DNA of 64,000 nucleotides, from the NCBI RefSeq assembly GCF_902459465.1, contig NW_022985699.1, positions 62,001-126,000 of the forward strand, in the 5' to 3' direction. A program made the translations under genes and the position numbers. Within the stretch, counting starts at the first letter, position 1. Each line of letters starts with the position of its first letter. The DNA comes from Asterias rubens (Eukaryota). Of this stretch, positions 1 through 12,011 are shown piece after piece. The notes below the pieces were generated by a model. That model saw only the letters and a program-made list of their open reading frames with translations. It was not told the DNA's origin and searched no databases.

Positions 1-301
1 AGATAACGACACAGTAATGTATATAGGCGGTAAATCCCTCAATAATATAACCGCCGAACAATCAAACAACCGACACAACACATTATAAAGCTATTAATCA
101 AACAATCAGCTGACAAAAACCGAAATACGCAATACGCAATGCTTCATTCCTAGGACCAATTCTGGCAAATACTGTCACAGAGTGAGTTCACCATTCAAGA
201 CTATGTGTACTTAATAAAGAAAAAATCGTTGTTTGTAGACTTCCTCATTCAACAAAAAAGGGTTAACTACAAGAAAATACAAAAACCGCTCTTTGTCATA
301 T

Positions 302-1795
302 TTAATTTCTTAATTTCTTACTTCTTGATTGAAGGCAGTCTTCGATGGGGAACTCTTCAACCATAACTTCGCACAGTGTTAGGACGTTGTCCTCAAATTC
401 ATTCGAATGATCTTCGTCGTCCACACTGACGTACTGCGCAATCACGGGAGGGTCACACACAAACTGTATATGTGCCCCAGGGATCGATGCTTGGGCCGAT
501 GAGACTGGTAATCCACAAGCGGCATTGCTATAAATGTCACTCTCTATGCCTGCTCTTACGACAGCACCAATCAACCGACCCTCTGCCAATGAAAAATCCA
601 TTCTTATTACCTCATTTCAATTAAGGATGCATTAACTTCAAACTATCTTCATCTGGGTGTAAAACTTGATTTTTAATAATTAAGGGAATCAATGTGTGGT
701 GAAGAGGTGTTCAACTAGTGTAAACCCGCCGAGGCCTGGTTCTTGATAATTTTATTATAAATGGACGACCGTGTTAGTTCGCAAAGTAAAAGGAAAACCA
801 CGCAATTTCGAGGCAAATTTGTGTGGATCATTGTATTCTACTTTTAAAACATCCTTATATCAATATGCATATATAACAAACGGTTACAAACGCTTTTCAA
901 AGACCAACTCGACCGATCCAAGGCGAAGAATGGTAAGCGGAGAATGGTAAGCGTAAGCGCAGAATTCGGCGGTAAGCAGAGCCCTGAAACTAGCCCCAGG
1001 TCTGGCTTGCGATTAAATTTGATCGCTAGCTAGGTCAGCATGCACCTCTTTCCACGCACTGGAAAGCGCCCCTATGTTTTTTCAACGTGGACTCGTGTCT
1101 CGGTGATTGATGTGGGGTTTCGCGCATATAATAATTTAGATCAGAAATATGAAAAAAAATAATTTGTTTTAATGCCTGAGTAGTTGTGGGTGGTATTTAT
1201 TTAATGTTGGAATAATTGTATTATTATTACTTTTTTGTTTTACCATTCAACAACTGTATAGTGACAGCAACCACCAATTAGACTTGCACTTATGGACTAA
1301 CGAGTTTTATTTTCCTAACCCCATGCTAAATTGGGCGCCAAAGTCTGCGATGCCACTTTGAGGTGTTGACATATGCCCCAGTACATGATAAACTGAAATA
1401 GCATGGCCAGTGGATGTGGCAGATGAAAAACCAATTGGTCGGTGACAGCTGTCACAGTAGTGACTTGTCCGAGGGTTAAACCCCCTTTCCAAGCCTTTCC
1501 GGTATCACACCGCGCAAGAGCGAGTGATACAAAACCACAATTTCAGAACTACATTTCGTTAGTACAGTAAGTCAAGAATGCTAAAAACAATTTGATTATA
1601 ACCATAATAATCTCGCTGATTATCAGATACCTCGACCATATAACCTCAAGATCACGTCAGTTATTATTAACCAACAATTTCGAAGCATTAACGTTTAGAA
1701 CTTGCGACAACATGCTCCTTTGTTGACAAGGGTGATACGACCGAGGCAGTGGTTTGCGCCCAGGTCCACCTTCCACCAGGGATGGGAGTTAAGGC
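302..1795 (-). CDS. F-type lectin (fucolectin/FTP domain) protein, last two coding exons
   Basis: Exon 1795-1706 encodes LNSHPWWKVDLGANHCLGRITLVNKGACC. Exon 582-302 encodes (Q)GRLIGAVVRAG...NAACG.PV...FVCDPPVIAQYVSVD...LTLCEVMV and ends at TAA 304-302. PWWxVDLG, CC-x-x-RL and LxLCEV are FTP-domain hallmarks. Phase 1/1 join through a GC donor (GCAAGT, 1705) and a cag acceptor. Confidence 0.8.
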
Positions 1796-1926
1796 CTACA
1801 ACAGAAACGACGTAAGGAGAGGTCTGGATTACATGAAAGGTTGAAACCTAACGGTATGGATGTTTTTCAACCACTATATCAAACACTGTTTAAGACCCTA
1901 ATACCGGTACATGTACATGTAATTAC

Positions 1927-2008
1927 GTGTATACAACACATGCTGACAATCATTCTCTGTTTGCTAAATTGCCTTCCATGAGTGCAAGGGCAGTTTGCTT
2001 TTGATCAT
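1927..2008 (-). pseudogene. Candidate upstream FTP exon containing an in-frame stop
   Basis: Flanked by ttttttcag and gtaatt. It ends in DCQHVLYT with phase 1, matching the next exon and resembling the CTHT motif, but that frame has TAG upstream (KAI*). The other two frames also stop. Confidence 0.3.
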
Positions 2009-2373
2009 CTGAAAAAACATAAAAAGGTTTTGATTGCGATTATCAATTGCTGAAATTTCATTTTTCAAATTTGATTCAAAACAGTAGATTTTGGAGATTT
2101 GATTTTGTGAAAAATAATGTTCTTTTTCATGGGGAGGTCATTTGGAATTTTCCAGAAGTGAAGACGTTTGGGACATTTTGTTTGAGAATTCAAGGGAGTT
2201 GGTTAATACGCAAGTTTGAAGTGAAATAAAGGGTTTCTACTTGTTCTTTATTTCCATTGAAGATGGTAATTTGAAGTGAAGTTCAGAACGTTTTAAATTC
2301 GAAGCTATCAGATTTGGTGCAAAAGTAAGGATATATTTTTTTTCGTTTGGGTACTGAAGAAACATGTCCTTAA

Positions 2374-2731
2374 AGGCAGCGGACATTGGTCATTACTCAA
2401 AATAATTATTAGCCTGAAACCTTACTAGGTATCGAGTAAGGGGGAGCTGTTGATTTTGAGAAACGGCTCCCTCTGAAGTGACTTAGTTTTCGAGAAAGAA
2501 GTAATTTTTGACAAATTTGATTTCGAGATCTTAGATTTAGAATTTGAGGTCTCGAAATCAAGCATCTGAAAGCACACAACGTCATGTGACAAGGTGTTTT
2601 TTCTTTCACTATTATCTCGCAACTTCGATGACCAATATTGAGCTCAAATTTTCACAGGTTTGTTATTTCATGCATAATGTTGAGATACACCAAGTGAGAA
2701 CGCTGGTCTTTGACAATTGCCAGCAATGTCT
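2374..2731. mobile_element. Family A MITE, diverged copy
   Basis: Homologous internal sequence with degenerate TIRs. Further partial copies near 26580-26915, 50365-50720, 54549-54900 and 63824-64000 (cut by the window end). Confidence 0.75.
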
Positions 2732-5300
2732 TTAAAGAAAATCAAAATACTGCAGCTGTAACAGTAAATTGAAAGTGTTTCCAACCCTCTTTTTTTTTAA
2801 TTAATCCGTTAATGAGTTATTCAAACGTCCTCATTTGAGGACACTGCGCCATGATGACATGAAACCAACACCACTAACAATACACTGTTCACATGCGAAT
2901 ATGCCATTATAGGTATGCTGCAGTGTTTTGTTCAAGAAGTTTGACTCTCCCTATCCTCTCCCCACCCCATTCCCCCTTCCTCATTCCCCCTACCCCTCAA
3001 TTCCCCCTGAGCTGGTAGTATAGGTACTATAACAACAAAACACACTTTGAGGACATTATAAGTGGCTGCCTAGGGTTTTATTGTTCAGAAATGTTTTTCT
3101 TCCTTCTCCTCCTTACCCCTCCATCCATCCCCTCCCCATGCAGCCCCGCCCTCTTTACTATGGTATGTGTGTAAACAAATTCAACACTTGTTGTCCAGTG
3201 TCCTTATACGAGAACGTGAGGGTGCTGTTCATATTGCAATGTTTATTGCAGTTACGACAGTTACATGTCCTCAAATGATGGACCCCTCACAAATGTGACA
3301 TGAATTGAGATTATTATGTCGACATATAGATTTTAAAGAGTACATGTCAACCAATAATAATTGTTTTACCTGCTAATCTTTGCATGGAAGATGGAAAATA
3401 TTCGCTAAAGAGAGGGTTTTAATATAATTATCTCATAATTTTATGGCTTGCTCGTCTTTCTTTATTGTTGCATAATTGAAAATACGATGGCAGATGTACA
3501 AAGGAGGACATTAGTTTTACCATAGAGCAAGGAATGGTTTAACTTTGAACTGCTAAAAAATGTAAGCAGTCTTATTTATTTATTTCCTTTATTTACCCAG
3601 GGTAAGCAAAATCAGTAAAAAAAATCAGTCTTCTATAACAGTACTTTGAAAAATCACGAGTTCAACTGCGATTTTCTCCAAACAAAGGCAGTGGACACCT
3701 TTGGTAATTGTCAAAGAACAGTCTTCTCTCTTGGTATATCTCATCATATGCATAAAATAACAAAATTGTGAAAATTTGAGCTCAATCAATCATCGCGACT
3801 CCGATGACCGATTGAGCTTAAATTTTCACAGGTTTGTTATGTTATATAAGTTGTGATACACGAAGTGTGGGACTTGGACAATAATGTTTACCGAAAGTGT
3901 ATATGGCTTTAAGTGGCAACAACATTCTTGCGAGCAAACTTTGTAAATAATCTCTACTTAGAAGCAGTGTTGGCTCCGAAAAGTAGAGCCGGTTGGTTTT
4001 GTCAGGCTCAGGGCTTTTTATTGACTGTTCAAACTGCCCTGCCTTCGACGAAACTAACTTCTGCTGTTGCAGAGTCAATGTTAGGCTTCGGTCCGTCAAA
4101 CCTGTCCCTATTCCACATAACAATTATTTCTAGAATAGTTACCACAATGGCAAATTCTCTCTCTCAACTTTGGATACATCCACTCAACTGTTCTAAGATA
4201 TTTGCCCCGTACGTTTCGTAGGCCTCTTCTAATTGGAAACCTGTATCAATGTCCAAGCGTTGATTACTTGGCCTGCCACGATAAGCTATACAACTTTGTC
4301 GAGTTTCATTTATCTGTCTTTAGCTTGTTTAGAGAGCCACTTTGTGATTCGTGGCTCCCGGAGTTTGACTTTAATTTGTTTAAAATTTAAAATTATTTGA
4401 CTTGAGCCGAAATTTGGCAAAGTGATATTTTGAGGACGTAGTTAAAGTCATGGTGCGCACATAAATGATTTGTTGAAATCGGGCGTAGAGTAAACGTTTT
4501 GGACTAATTATTCGCGTTATGCAAATTTTTAGTCACGTGACTTTTTAAAGTGAATAATTATTTTAAAACGTTTATCATACGCCCTATTTCTTACTTGGGC
4601 ACCATGACTTTAAGTACGTACCCAAAAGACCACCTTGCCAAATTTCAATATGGACCTTTAACAATTGCGGATAAATACTTCATGTTAAAAATATATCCAT
4701 CCCCGGGAGCCATGAAGAACAAAGTGGCCCCCTAAAGAAGCTAAAGACAGGTGAAGACACTATTGGTAATTGGCACTCTTTGAAAGACATTGGACCTTTG
4801 GATAGTTCAACATGTGTTATAACAAACCTGTGATTATTGAAGCCCAAACGGTCATCGAAATTGCGAGAAAATAATTTAGCCACTGGGCCGCCCGGCCACC
4901 TGAAGCGATACACTGTATTATGCGGTAGGAGGAAACCTCGCTATAGCTTTTGTTTGAAGAATAAAAAGAAACATCAAAATAAAACTAGATAGTCATTAGT
5001 AGGTCTACGCATTGGTGAATCCATCTAGTTTTGTATAGATCATTATTGATTCATCCCTTCACAGTTGACTTGTCGAAGCTAATGATGATGAAATAATTTT
5101 AGCTCTTACCCAACAAAACGATCATTAGTAAACACAAAGGAAACGGTATTATCATTTATGGTGATATTGTCGAAAAGTAACGCCTTCGCAAATAATCAGC
5201 ACTGAGCCAGATAAAAGCCTTGAAAAGCTATTGTGTCCATTTTATCATTATACAACAATAATCGCCAAAAATACTACCGTAGGCGTTTAACGAGGGGGTT

Positions 5301-5355
5301 TATTGTGTGCCACCCCCCCCCCCCCCCCCACCCCCCCCCCCCCCCCCACCCCCCA
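5301..5355. repeat. Poly-C tract (G-rich on the minus strand)
   Basis: About 50 nt of C with a few A interruptions. Confidence 0.9.
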
Positions 5356-5639
5356 TAAGGACTTGTACAAATATCACCGAAAGGGTCAAAAATTGTGCAT
5401 TTATTTATAAATAATCAGCCTTGGTAAATGTTGAACTATGATTCCAGTAATTTACTGCAAGAATCTTGAAAAATCATTTCGGCAAACCAAGGAAACACCC
5501 TTATCGCACGAGGTTTGTGTGATTTCAGATACTTGTTCCGGGACCCCAAAATTTAGGAACGATGTCTCGAAATGAAAATCGTGGAAATTATTTCTTTCTC
5601 CAAAACAACGTTTCTCACAACGTGTCATACTATCAACAG

Positions 5640-6551
5640 CTCCCTGGACTCTAGCGTCGCTTTGAAAATCCCCATAGCGCTAATTTTTATACGAGAGGAA
5701 AGCCCTTGAAATTGTCCATCCAATGGTGCTAAACTTGTCTAGATTGAGCAATGATTTTGGGTGAAATTGACCCGTTTTACTTTTGATTTTCTCTGTGCAC
5801 AAAAATCCCGCAGGGAGGCTTGTTGAGTTCGTTTCGGAGGACAGCCGCCTACTTTTAATTTTCGGTATCAAGAAGTCTGGAAGCCGCTCTAAAACTTTGA
5901 AATTTGAATGCAGGGATATGTCAGGATGACGCAGGTATCAACTGCGTCTCTCTAGCATTTTTAGTTCTAGAATGGTTCAAGAGTATAGCTGGAAGTTTTT
6001 ATAAGTCCGGGCTTTTTTTTCAATGAATATTTTTTTCTTTCTCCATTAATCACCACATGCCGTGTGTTTCATGCATTAAATGTCCTAAATTTATGGGGTG
6101 TGTCGGGTCTACTCCCTGGCCTCTAGCGTCGCTTTGAAAATCCCCATAGCACTAATGTTTGTACGAGAGGAAAGCCATTGAAATTGTCCATCCAATGGTG
6201 CTAAACTTGTTTAGATTGAGCAATGATTTTTGGTCAAATTGACCCGTTGTACTTTTGATTTTCTCTGTGCACAAAAATCCCGTAGGGAGGCTTGTTGAGT
6301 TCGTTTCGGAGCACAGCCGCCTACTTTTAATTTTCGGTGTCAATAAGTCTGGAAGCCGCTCTAAAACTTTGAAATTTGAATTCAGGGACATGCCAGGATG
6401 ACGCAGGTACAAACTGCGTCTCTCTATCGTTTTTAGTTCCAGAATGATTCAAAAGCATAGCTGAAAGTTTTTATAAGTCCGGGCTTTTTTTTCAAGGCAT
6501 AATTATATTTGTTTTTTCCAATAATGACCACATGCCGTGTGTTTCATGCAT
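5640..6551. repeat. 472-bp tandem duplication
   Basis: 5640 aligns with 6112; about 90% identical by eye. Confidence 0.9.
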
Positions 6552-6989
6552 GGGGGCTGCCATTGCCTATCTCCCGTGTACATTTTCTGTGCGTTGCCGT
6601 CAGCACGTGACTTTTTGCCGTCAGCACGTGACATTTAGCGCGTCAAAGGCCTATCTCCCGTGTTAATTTCCGCGCGTCGCCTTTCGAACGTGACATTTTT
6701 ACCGCGTCCATGGCGAACAAAAACTTGTTCTACACAGGCAATGGCGCGTATGTACGCGCTGCCGATCTAGTTATTATAATTCTATATCTATGGCATAGAC
6801 CTTATCGCAAATACCGGGGCGCGCGCGTAAAGCTTGGAATTAGGTGCATTGTGGTCTTGCTGGTATCAAAATTTCATCCATATCTATCCCACAATGCACC
6901 TCATTCAACAGTCTGCGCTTGCGCATTGGTATTTGCGATAAGGTCTATGCACTGAACCTATACCCAACGGCCGAACATTTCCCATGTTC

Positions 6990-7290
6990 TTCATGACATG
7001 CACTTAGCTTGTAAAAAATGGCGAACGTGTTCCGTCGACCAAGGGCTTTTAATTTACTGCAAGGACGGTTTTGCACGGGGGCGGACACAACTGCATATGC
7101 AAATGTATTCCCGGCGGACACAATTGCATTATGCAGCAGCGTCCGGGCGGACACGATTGCATATGCAAAACCGTCCGGCGGACATTATTGCATATGCAAT
7201 AATGTCCTCCGGATATTATTGCATATGCAATGCATATGCAATAATGTCCTCCGGGTAGTATTGCATAGGACATAATTGCATGCGACACCG
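6990..7290. repeat. Dispersed element with TGCATATGCA palindrome subrepeats
   Basis: Five TGCATATGCA copies in CGGACA-linked units. Homologous pieces in MRPL48 intron 1 at 19910-20060 and 20380-20470. Confidence 0.8.
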
Positions 7291-7836
7291 GGTAGGCCGA
7301 GCAAGAAAATGTTGATCCATGGAAAACTGGAAAGTGCAGGGACACTATAAAGCAAAAAAAATGCTACACAAGGTTGCATTTAAAAGAACGTCACACTATG
7401 GCACAGATAGGCCAAACATATTATATTTCAACCCAACCATGGGCTGCGCGTATCTCAATTTAAATTAATTAATATTAATTTCAAATTAAGAAGGGGCAAC
7501 AATTACAAATAAATAAATACTATTTGTTATTTGTTGTCTAATCTTTTGGAGAAGATGTCACTTGAACCCACTCCAGACGCCAACACTAATAGGGTTATAA
7601 TGGGGAGAAACGAGTGTACCATTCCTATGGGTATTTCTGGCCAATGAAACTGTAGTTTCCTTGTTTTTTGTTTTGTTTACAAGCCTTCGGCGCTCTTGAT
7701 ATGCCAGAGGGGCTACCCAATGGGAAGAGAGGGGGCGTCCCCCATAGCTATGCCATGGCCACGCCCCTAGACTTTTTCTTTTTGTGAGTGGAATGGACAC
7801 TTGAGGGCGCTGCGAGTAAAACAAGAAAACGTAAAC

Positions 7837-8935
7837 ATGGCGACTAACGAAAATGAAAGTAACGCAAACGGCCCCGACCTAGACCAAGATAACACTAGTT
7901 CTGCACCAGAAGAAGGCTCAAAAACGGCTGGTAATGAAGCTGAAGGTGTGACTGAGAATATGAAATGCGGGTGGTTGAGGAAGAGGACGAAACTCTCACA
8001 TAAATGGGAGAGGCGATGGTTTCTTCTGAAGAGCAATCACGGCAACACGCTTCAGTACGGCAATGATGCAGAGGTGTGTATTGGTATCGTTAACTGACTA
8101 CTACTTATTAATGATTCTGATTGTCACTGTCACTTGTCAACACAATAATCAGTGCATGAGTGACACAGTTTATCTCATATATTAGTTCTTCTAAATCTAA
8201 TTCTAATGCCTGGTATAATAAGTGGTAAAAATACAGACAGTTGCTAATTATTGAGGCAGCAGTCAGGTGCTGAGATGGGGATTCCTCCAATGACAGAAAT
8301 GTGTTGTTTTTGCCACACATCCATCTTGGTAGACTCTGTCATGTTATTTATATATTCAATGTACATATGACATAATTGGAGGTCCCTTAATGCTTAAGAA
8401 CCACAACTACTACTACTACTAGTACTACATTCTAGACTCAGCTAGAGCTCTTCGGCTTTGGGTAAAATAAATGATTTCAGAATACAGTTCCTGTGTAATG
8501 TCGCTAGGCAATGAAGTGTAATACTAACTGTATAAAGAGCATTTTTAATTTTGATTACCCTGTGGTTACAATGATAATTTTTAATAGAGCCCTCGCTCTT
8601 CTCTGGTCTCTGTTGCTGGGTGGCTAAAGATGACTGAGTGTTATTGACTGCTATTTTTTCACTTTAAGGTAAATCTCAATTTTCTTATTCTTAATCTCAT
8701 TGTAATCTTCCAACAGAGCCTTGATAAATCCATTCCACTTATCGGAACAGAAATAGCCGAGGCTGAGATCGATCGTAAGAAGTTTGTGTTTCGACTGAAA
8801 CCTAGCGACACCAGGCGGACATATTACCTCCAGGCTGAGTCGAAGGAGGAGCTGCAGGTTTGGATGCAGGCAATCTGCTTCGCTAAGGCCGCAAGTCATC
8901 AGGGTGATACATCTCAAGCGTGTTCTATACAATGA
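7837..8935 (+). CDS. Small PH-domain protein (151 aa) with C-terminal CaaX box (CSIQ)
   Basis: Exon 7837-8073 (MATNENES...KCGWLRKRTKLSHKWERRWFLLK...NDAE, gt donor) and exon 8717-8935 (cag acceptor; SLDKSIPL...FVFRL...RTYYLQAESKEELQVWMQAICFAKAASHQGDTSQACSIQ*). Phase 0/0. Classic PH motifs GWL.K, W.RRWF.L and Y.LQA.S.EE...W..AI. Confidence 0.88.
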
Positions 8936-9900
8936 GTCATCAGATTGGTACATCTCATTCTCAAGCATGTTTTATGAGTCATCACGGTGATACATGTACG
9001 TCTCAAGCTTGTTGTATACAGTGAGTCATCAGTTTTCTACTCAAGCGTGTTCCTTGAGTCATCAGGTTGATACATCTCAAGCATGTTTTATGAGTCATCA
9101 GGGTGACATCTCAAGCATGTTTTATGAGTCATCAGGGTGACATCTCAAGCATGTTTTATGAGTCATCAGGGTGACATCTCAAGCATGTTTTATGAGTCAT
9201 CAGGGTGACAGCTCAAGCATGTTTTATGAGTCATCAGGGTGACATCTCAAGCATGTTTTATGAGTCATCAGGGTGACATCTCAAGCATGTTTTACGAGTC
9301 ATCAGGGTGACATCTCAAGCATGTTTTATGAGTCATCTGGGTGATGTCAAGCATATACAATGAGTCATCAGGGTGATACATCTCATTCTCAAGGATGTTT
9401 AATGAGTCATCAGGGTGATGTCTCAAGCATGTTCTGTACAGTGAGTCATCAGGGTGATATCTCAAGCGTGTTCTATTCAATGAGTCATCAGAGTAACATG
9501 TCAAAAGTGTTCTTGACAATGAGTCATTAGATTGGTACATCTCATTCTCAGGCATGTTTAATGAGTCATCACGGTGATACAACTCTTAAAGCATGTTCAA
9601 TACAATGAGGCATCAGGGTCGGGTAAAATCTCAAGTGTGTTCTTTATACAGTAGTCATCAGATTGATCTCAAGTGTGTTCTTGAGAGTGTTTTCTTTACC
9701 ATGGATGTCCCGCCCCAGGCAATCTGCTTCGCCAAGGCTGCAAGTCATCAGGCATGATACATCTCAAGCATGTTTTACTAGGAATCAGGGTGATATGCAT
9801 GTTTCAAGCGTGTTCTTGACAATGAGTCATCAGATTGACATCTCTGTTCTATACCATCGAGTCAACAGGGTGAGATGTATCAAGCGTGTTGTGAGCCTGG
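8894..9900 (+). repeat. Minisatellite (34-41 bp units) derived from the PH-gene C-terminus and stop codon
   Basis: Seven near-perfect 34-bp units GAGTCATCAGGGTGACATCTCAAGCATGTTTTAT at 9092-9329, flanked by diverged 34-46 bp units. The first unit is the last 13 codons plus TGA of the CDS. Confidence 0.95.
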
Positions 9901-10989
9901 ATGATTGGGTCATCCAGCCATCTAGGTGGGGGCCTTAACGTCTCTCATGTGTGTGACCTTTATTGTGAAAAAGACAGTGTGCTGATCCAAACAGCCATCC
10001 CGCTCTTTTAGTACTTTGGTTGTACCATTTATACAAATTTCTCCCAGAAGTACTCGGAACTCGGTGTTTATGTGAATGTTTGAGAGACTGCTCCGGGTTT
10101 AAATAAGTTATATTGCACAAAATACTGTATGTATTGCACAAAATTTGCCTTGTAGAGTTTTGTTTCATTTCCAACATATATTTTGTAAAGAGTACAAATT
10201 GATTGTGATAAATACATGTACATTGTAGCTCTCATTTTGTTAGAAATGAAAATCTGAATTTTTGTCAAACAAAATGCATTTAAGCCCGTCGGGTTGTCAG
10301 GGAGAGAGGGGGGGATGGACACACCCTCTGCAACATATCACGCGTGGCACCCCAACCCTCTGCATGGTATTTTATAATGTGATTTTGAAACCAAAGACAA
10401 GACTTAAAAAAGTGAAAAAATAATTTTTTAAATTTGTATTTTATTTTTTACCTGAAAATCACTTTTACAAAAATCACTTGGAGTTATATTTGTACAAATA
10501 AACGTATTACACACTTTCACCTTTAAAACTTGGTGTTATCAAACTGCCTTTGGGGAATAGTTAGACGTTTTGGATCAAATAAAATGGATTTCATATCATA
10601 GTTGTACTTTTAAAATGTCAGGGAATATACGTGGACCTAACAAAATTATTATTTTTACAAATATTGAACTTCAATGCTGCAGTTTATTGATTTGAAAATG
10701 TACAGAAGGTTTACAACTTTACAATACGACTCGGGGTTAGGATGTAAATAATTCATTCAATCAAATAGTTTGACTATCAAATAGGCCTCCGGACCAGAAT
10801 TTAATATTGTTTCTTTTTAGCCAAGTACATGTACATGCAAATTAATTGAAACAAATGTAATTTAATTTTACAAAGAGCTTTCATGGAATCTTTTAAAGTA
10901 AACGTGACTACTGCTGTGCTTGTAAATAGTTCTTTAACCCTCCTACTGACTGGCCATTTAATGTCATTCACTGTGGTTTGGAATGATAG

Positions 10990-11231
10990 GGTGCGTTTGC
11001 GATTAGCTTCCCTGGGTCAACCCCGCGGTGCTCACTCGGGTGAGTTCCTGACAAGAGCTAATCGAACGATCACACTCACCCTCTCGTGGTGACGTCATGC
11101 ACCTCGGGTCACCCCCAAGTGACCCACTCCACAAGCAGGGCACTGGGGGCTGACCCGGGTGAGCCCCCGGAATAAGGTCAAAGCTATTCGAACGCACCGG
11201 GGGCAGACCGGGGAAGTTAATCGAACGCACC
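10990..11231. mobile_element. GC-rich MITE (TIR GGTGCGTT.GATTAGCTTCCC)
   Basis: Terminal inverted repeats; second copy at 21000-21253. Confidence 0.75.
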
Positions 11232-11740
11232 GATAGATAAACTATGTCAGCCAGCAGTGCAATGTAATACCATGTGGAGAAAGTACACCCATGTACACAG
11301 TTTTGTGCAAAGTGCTGCCACCCTACAAAACCCATGCAGTTGAAGGGTTTCAAATGGTTGAGCATACTCACTGGAAGATGATGCCGAGAGTAGGAGGGTT
11401 TGAAAATGTTCCGTCTTGTGTAAATATTCCATATTACTCTGTATTGTGAGGGTATTGAAAAGTAAATAAATGTAAAATGTGCAATTGTAGCTTAATGCGT
11501 GAATGATGTATCCTTATATTATATTTGTCCCCCCAGTGTACATGTGCACTTGTTGTGATTACTTCCATTAATAGTAATACAGCAGGAAACGTATTACATG
11601 TACAATACATGTTTAAAGTCTGGGCTACTCAAACTTTCTGGGGCAAGCAAAGTGCACATACTAGCCAGGTCAGTTAATGTATTTTACAAAAAGCTCAAGT
11701 TCAACTGCAAGGAAACAAAAATTCCCCGAAGTGTAGCCTT

Positions 11741-12011
11741 GTCTCAATCAGTACTTTGGAAAGTCAGGGTCGATGTGTGTAGTCCATGCTGATAGCCCTC
11801 CTCTGATATCCTTGATAACTGCTGGAACAGAGGCTAGCTTCTCTAGTAGCGTCTTCACAGCAATTTGTGAATTTAGGTCTTGTCTCAATCAGTACTTTGG
11901 AAAGTCTGGGTCAATGTGTGTAGTCCATGCTGATAGTCCTCCTCTGATATCCTTGATAACTGCTGGAATGGAGGCTAACTTCTCTCGTAACGTCTTCACA
12001 GCAATTTGGGA
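11741..12011 (-). repeat. 141-bp tandem duplication of the MOCS3 C-terminal coding region and stop
   Basis: 11741 aligns with 11882. The second copy encodes [40 protein letters not shown] with TGA at 11750-11748. Confidence 0.95.

Noticed and set aside
3842-4390. ORFs between the lectin and PH genes
   Set aside because: There is no recognisable domain, the alternative frames have stops, and the region is bounded by MITE fragments. I cannot support a gene.
9092-9329. Regular short repeats resembling a CRISPR array (also 42318-42980 and 50844-51215)
   Set aside because: The units are head-to-tail with no unique spacers, there are no cas genes, and the context is eukaryotic.
11748-11891. Selenocysteine decoding of the MOCS3 TGA
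   Set aside because: I could not identify a SECIS element by eye, and this TGA matches the normal conserved MOCS3 C-terminus. Only generic readthrough is kept as a hypothesis.
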